Shown piece by piece: positions 63,080 to 64,000 of a stretch of 64,000 bases of DNA. The DNA comes from an uncultured Candidatus Thioglobus sp. (lineage in GTDB: Bacteria; Pseudomonadota; Gammaproteobacteria; PS1; Pseudothioglobaceae): positions 36,430 to 100,429 of the forward strand of contig CAJQTG010000019.1 of the NCBI GenBank assembly GCA_905618925.1, read 5' to 3'. The first letter of the stretch is position 1. Each line of letters starts with the position of its first letter. Below the pieces are notes generated by a model. It did no database searches. It saw only the letters and a list, made by a program, of their open reading frames with translations, and was not told the DNA's origin. The position numbers and the translations under genes were made by a program.

Positions 63080-64000
63080 TTATTGAGTAGGGTAGTCCCT
63101 AAAATCAGAGCCAGTGTATATTTGCGTTGGCCTAAAGATTTTATTATGGCTAACTTGCTCGTGCCAATGTGCAGCCCAGCCAGCTGAGCGAGCCATTGCA
63201 AAAATTGGAGTAAAGTGTTCCTTTGTAAACTTAAAAACCTCGGAATAAAGTATGCCAGAATAAAAATCAACATTTGGATAAACACCTTTGTGTGCAAGCA
63301 GCTCTTCACAAACCTTTTCAACCTCAAGAGCTGTTTCAAATAGGTTTGAAGTGCTGTGTCCAGATTTCTTGACATAGTCCTTAATCATTTGTTCCAAAAT
63401 TGTTGCGCGAGGATCTTTTGTCTTATATTCTCTATGACCCATACCCCAGATAACTTCTTTATTTTTTAATCTTTTCTCTATCCATGGTCGCGCATTTTTT
63501 GCAGAACCAATCTCGTTCAGCATTGCTAAAACATTTTCGTTTGCCCCGCCATGAAGAGGTCCAGACAAAGTTCCTACTGCTGAGGCTACTGAAGAAAAAG
63601 GGTTTGCTAATGTTGAAGCAGTAACCATAGCTGAGAATGTTGAGGCATTTATCGTGTGCTCAGCATGAAGAATTAGACAAGCATCAAACAACTTAACGAT
63701 TTCAGGCTCTGCCTTTTCTCCAAAGCACATATACATAAAGTTTTCAGCATAGGTCATGTCATTACTTGGAGGAATAGGGTCATAGCCTCGACTAATACGA
63801 GTCCACATTGCAACTAAGGTGCTCATATTAGAAATAATTTTAACCAAAGCATTCTGAGTGTATGCAGAGTCTGGTGTTGAAGCTCCTGCATCAGGATAAA
63901 AAGTTGCCATTGCGGTAATTGCAGTTTGAAGAACGTCCATAGGGTGTCCACTTGAAGGAAGTGCCCATAAGAGTGATCTAATTTTTCGTTTCACTTCATA
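63080..64000 (-). CDS. gltA: Citrate synthase (5' end outside window)
   Basis: [40 protein letters not shown]. Confidence 0.9.
   Translation of the reverse strand, partial: YEVKRKIRSLLWALPSSGHPMDVLQTAITAMATFYPDAGASTPDSAYTQNALVKIISNMSTLVAMWTRISRGYDPIPPSNDMTYAENFMYMCFGEKAEPEIVKLFDACLILHAEHTINASTFSAMVTASTLANPFSSVASAVGTLSGPLHGGANENVLAMLNEIGSAKNARPWIEKRLKNKEVIWGMGHREYKTKDPRATILEQMIKDYVKKSGHSTSNLFETALEVEKVCEELLAHKGVYPNVDFYSGILYSEVFKFTKEHFTPIFAMARSAGWAAHWHEQVSHNKIFRPTQIYTGSDFRDYPTQ

Overview
Low-GC (roughly 35-38% by eye) chromosome segment of a marine gammaproteobacterium. Gene content and order suggest the SUP05/Thioglobaceae group; this is inference. The window holds the probable replication origin (dnaA-oriC-dnaN-recF-gyrB), many housekeeping genes and one tRNA-Leu(GAG). 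Accessory blocks: (i) a ~4 kb high-GC three-gene island encoding an MIO-less ergothionase-like lyase, a His-rich TPR-like protein and a PhnD-like binding protein; (ii) a cyclopropane/furan fatty-acid-type cluster; (iii) an acuI/prpE/maiA block with a microhomology deletion junction; (iv) a metY-hydrolase-fadB-dmdB-dmdC-like organosulfur operon; (v) a small MORN-repeat/ORFan insert. The most unusual non-coding signal is a degenerate ~60-85 bp dispersed repeat (CCTCCC tract...ATCAAA...TTTGGACTT). It occurs at five accessory-block boundaries and, in two copies, supplies a TTGGAC-N17-TATAAT promoter to the adjacent accessory gene. No integrase, transposase or CRISPR array was seen.
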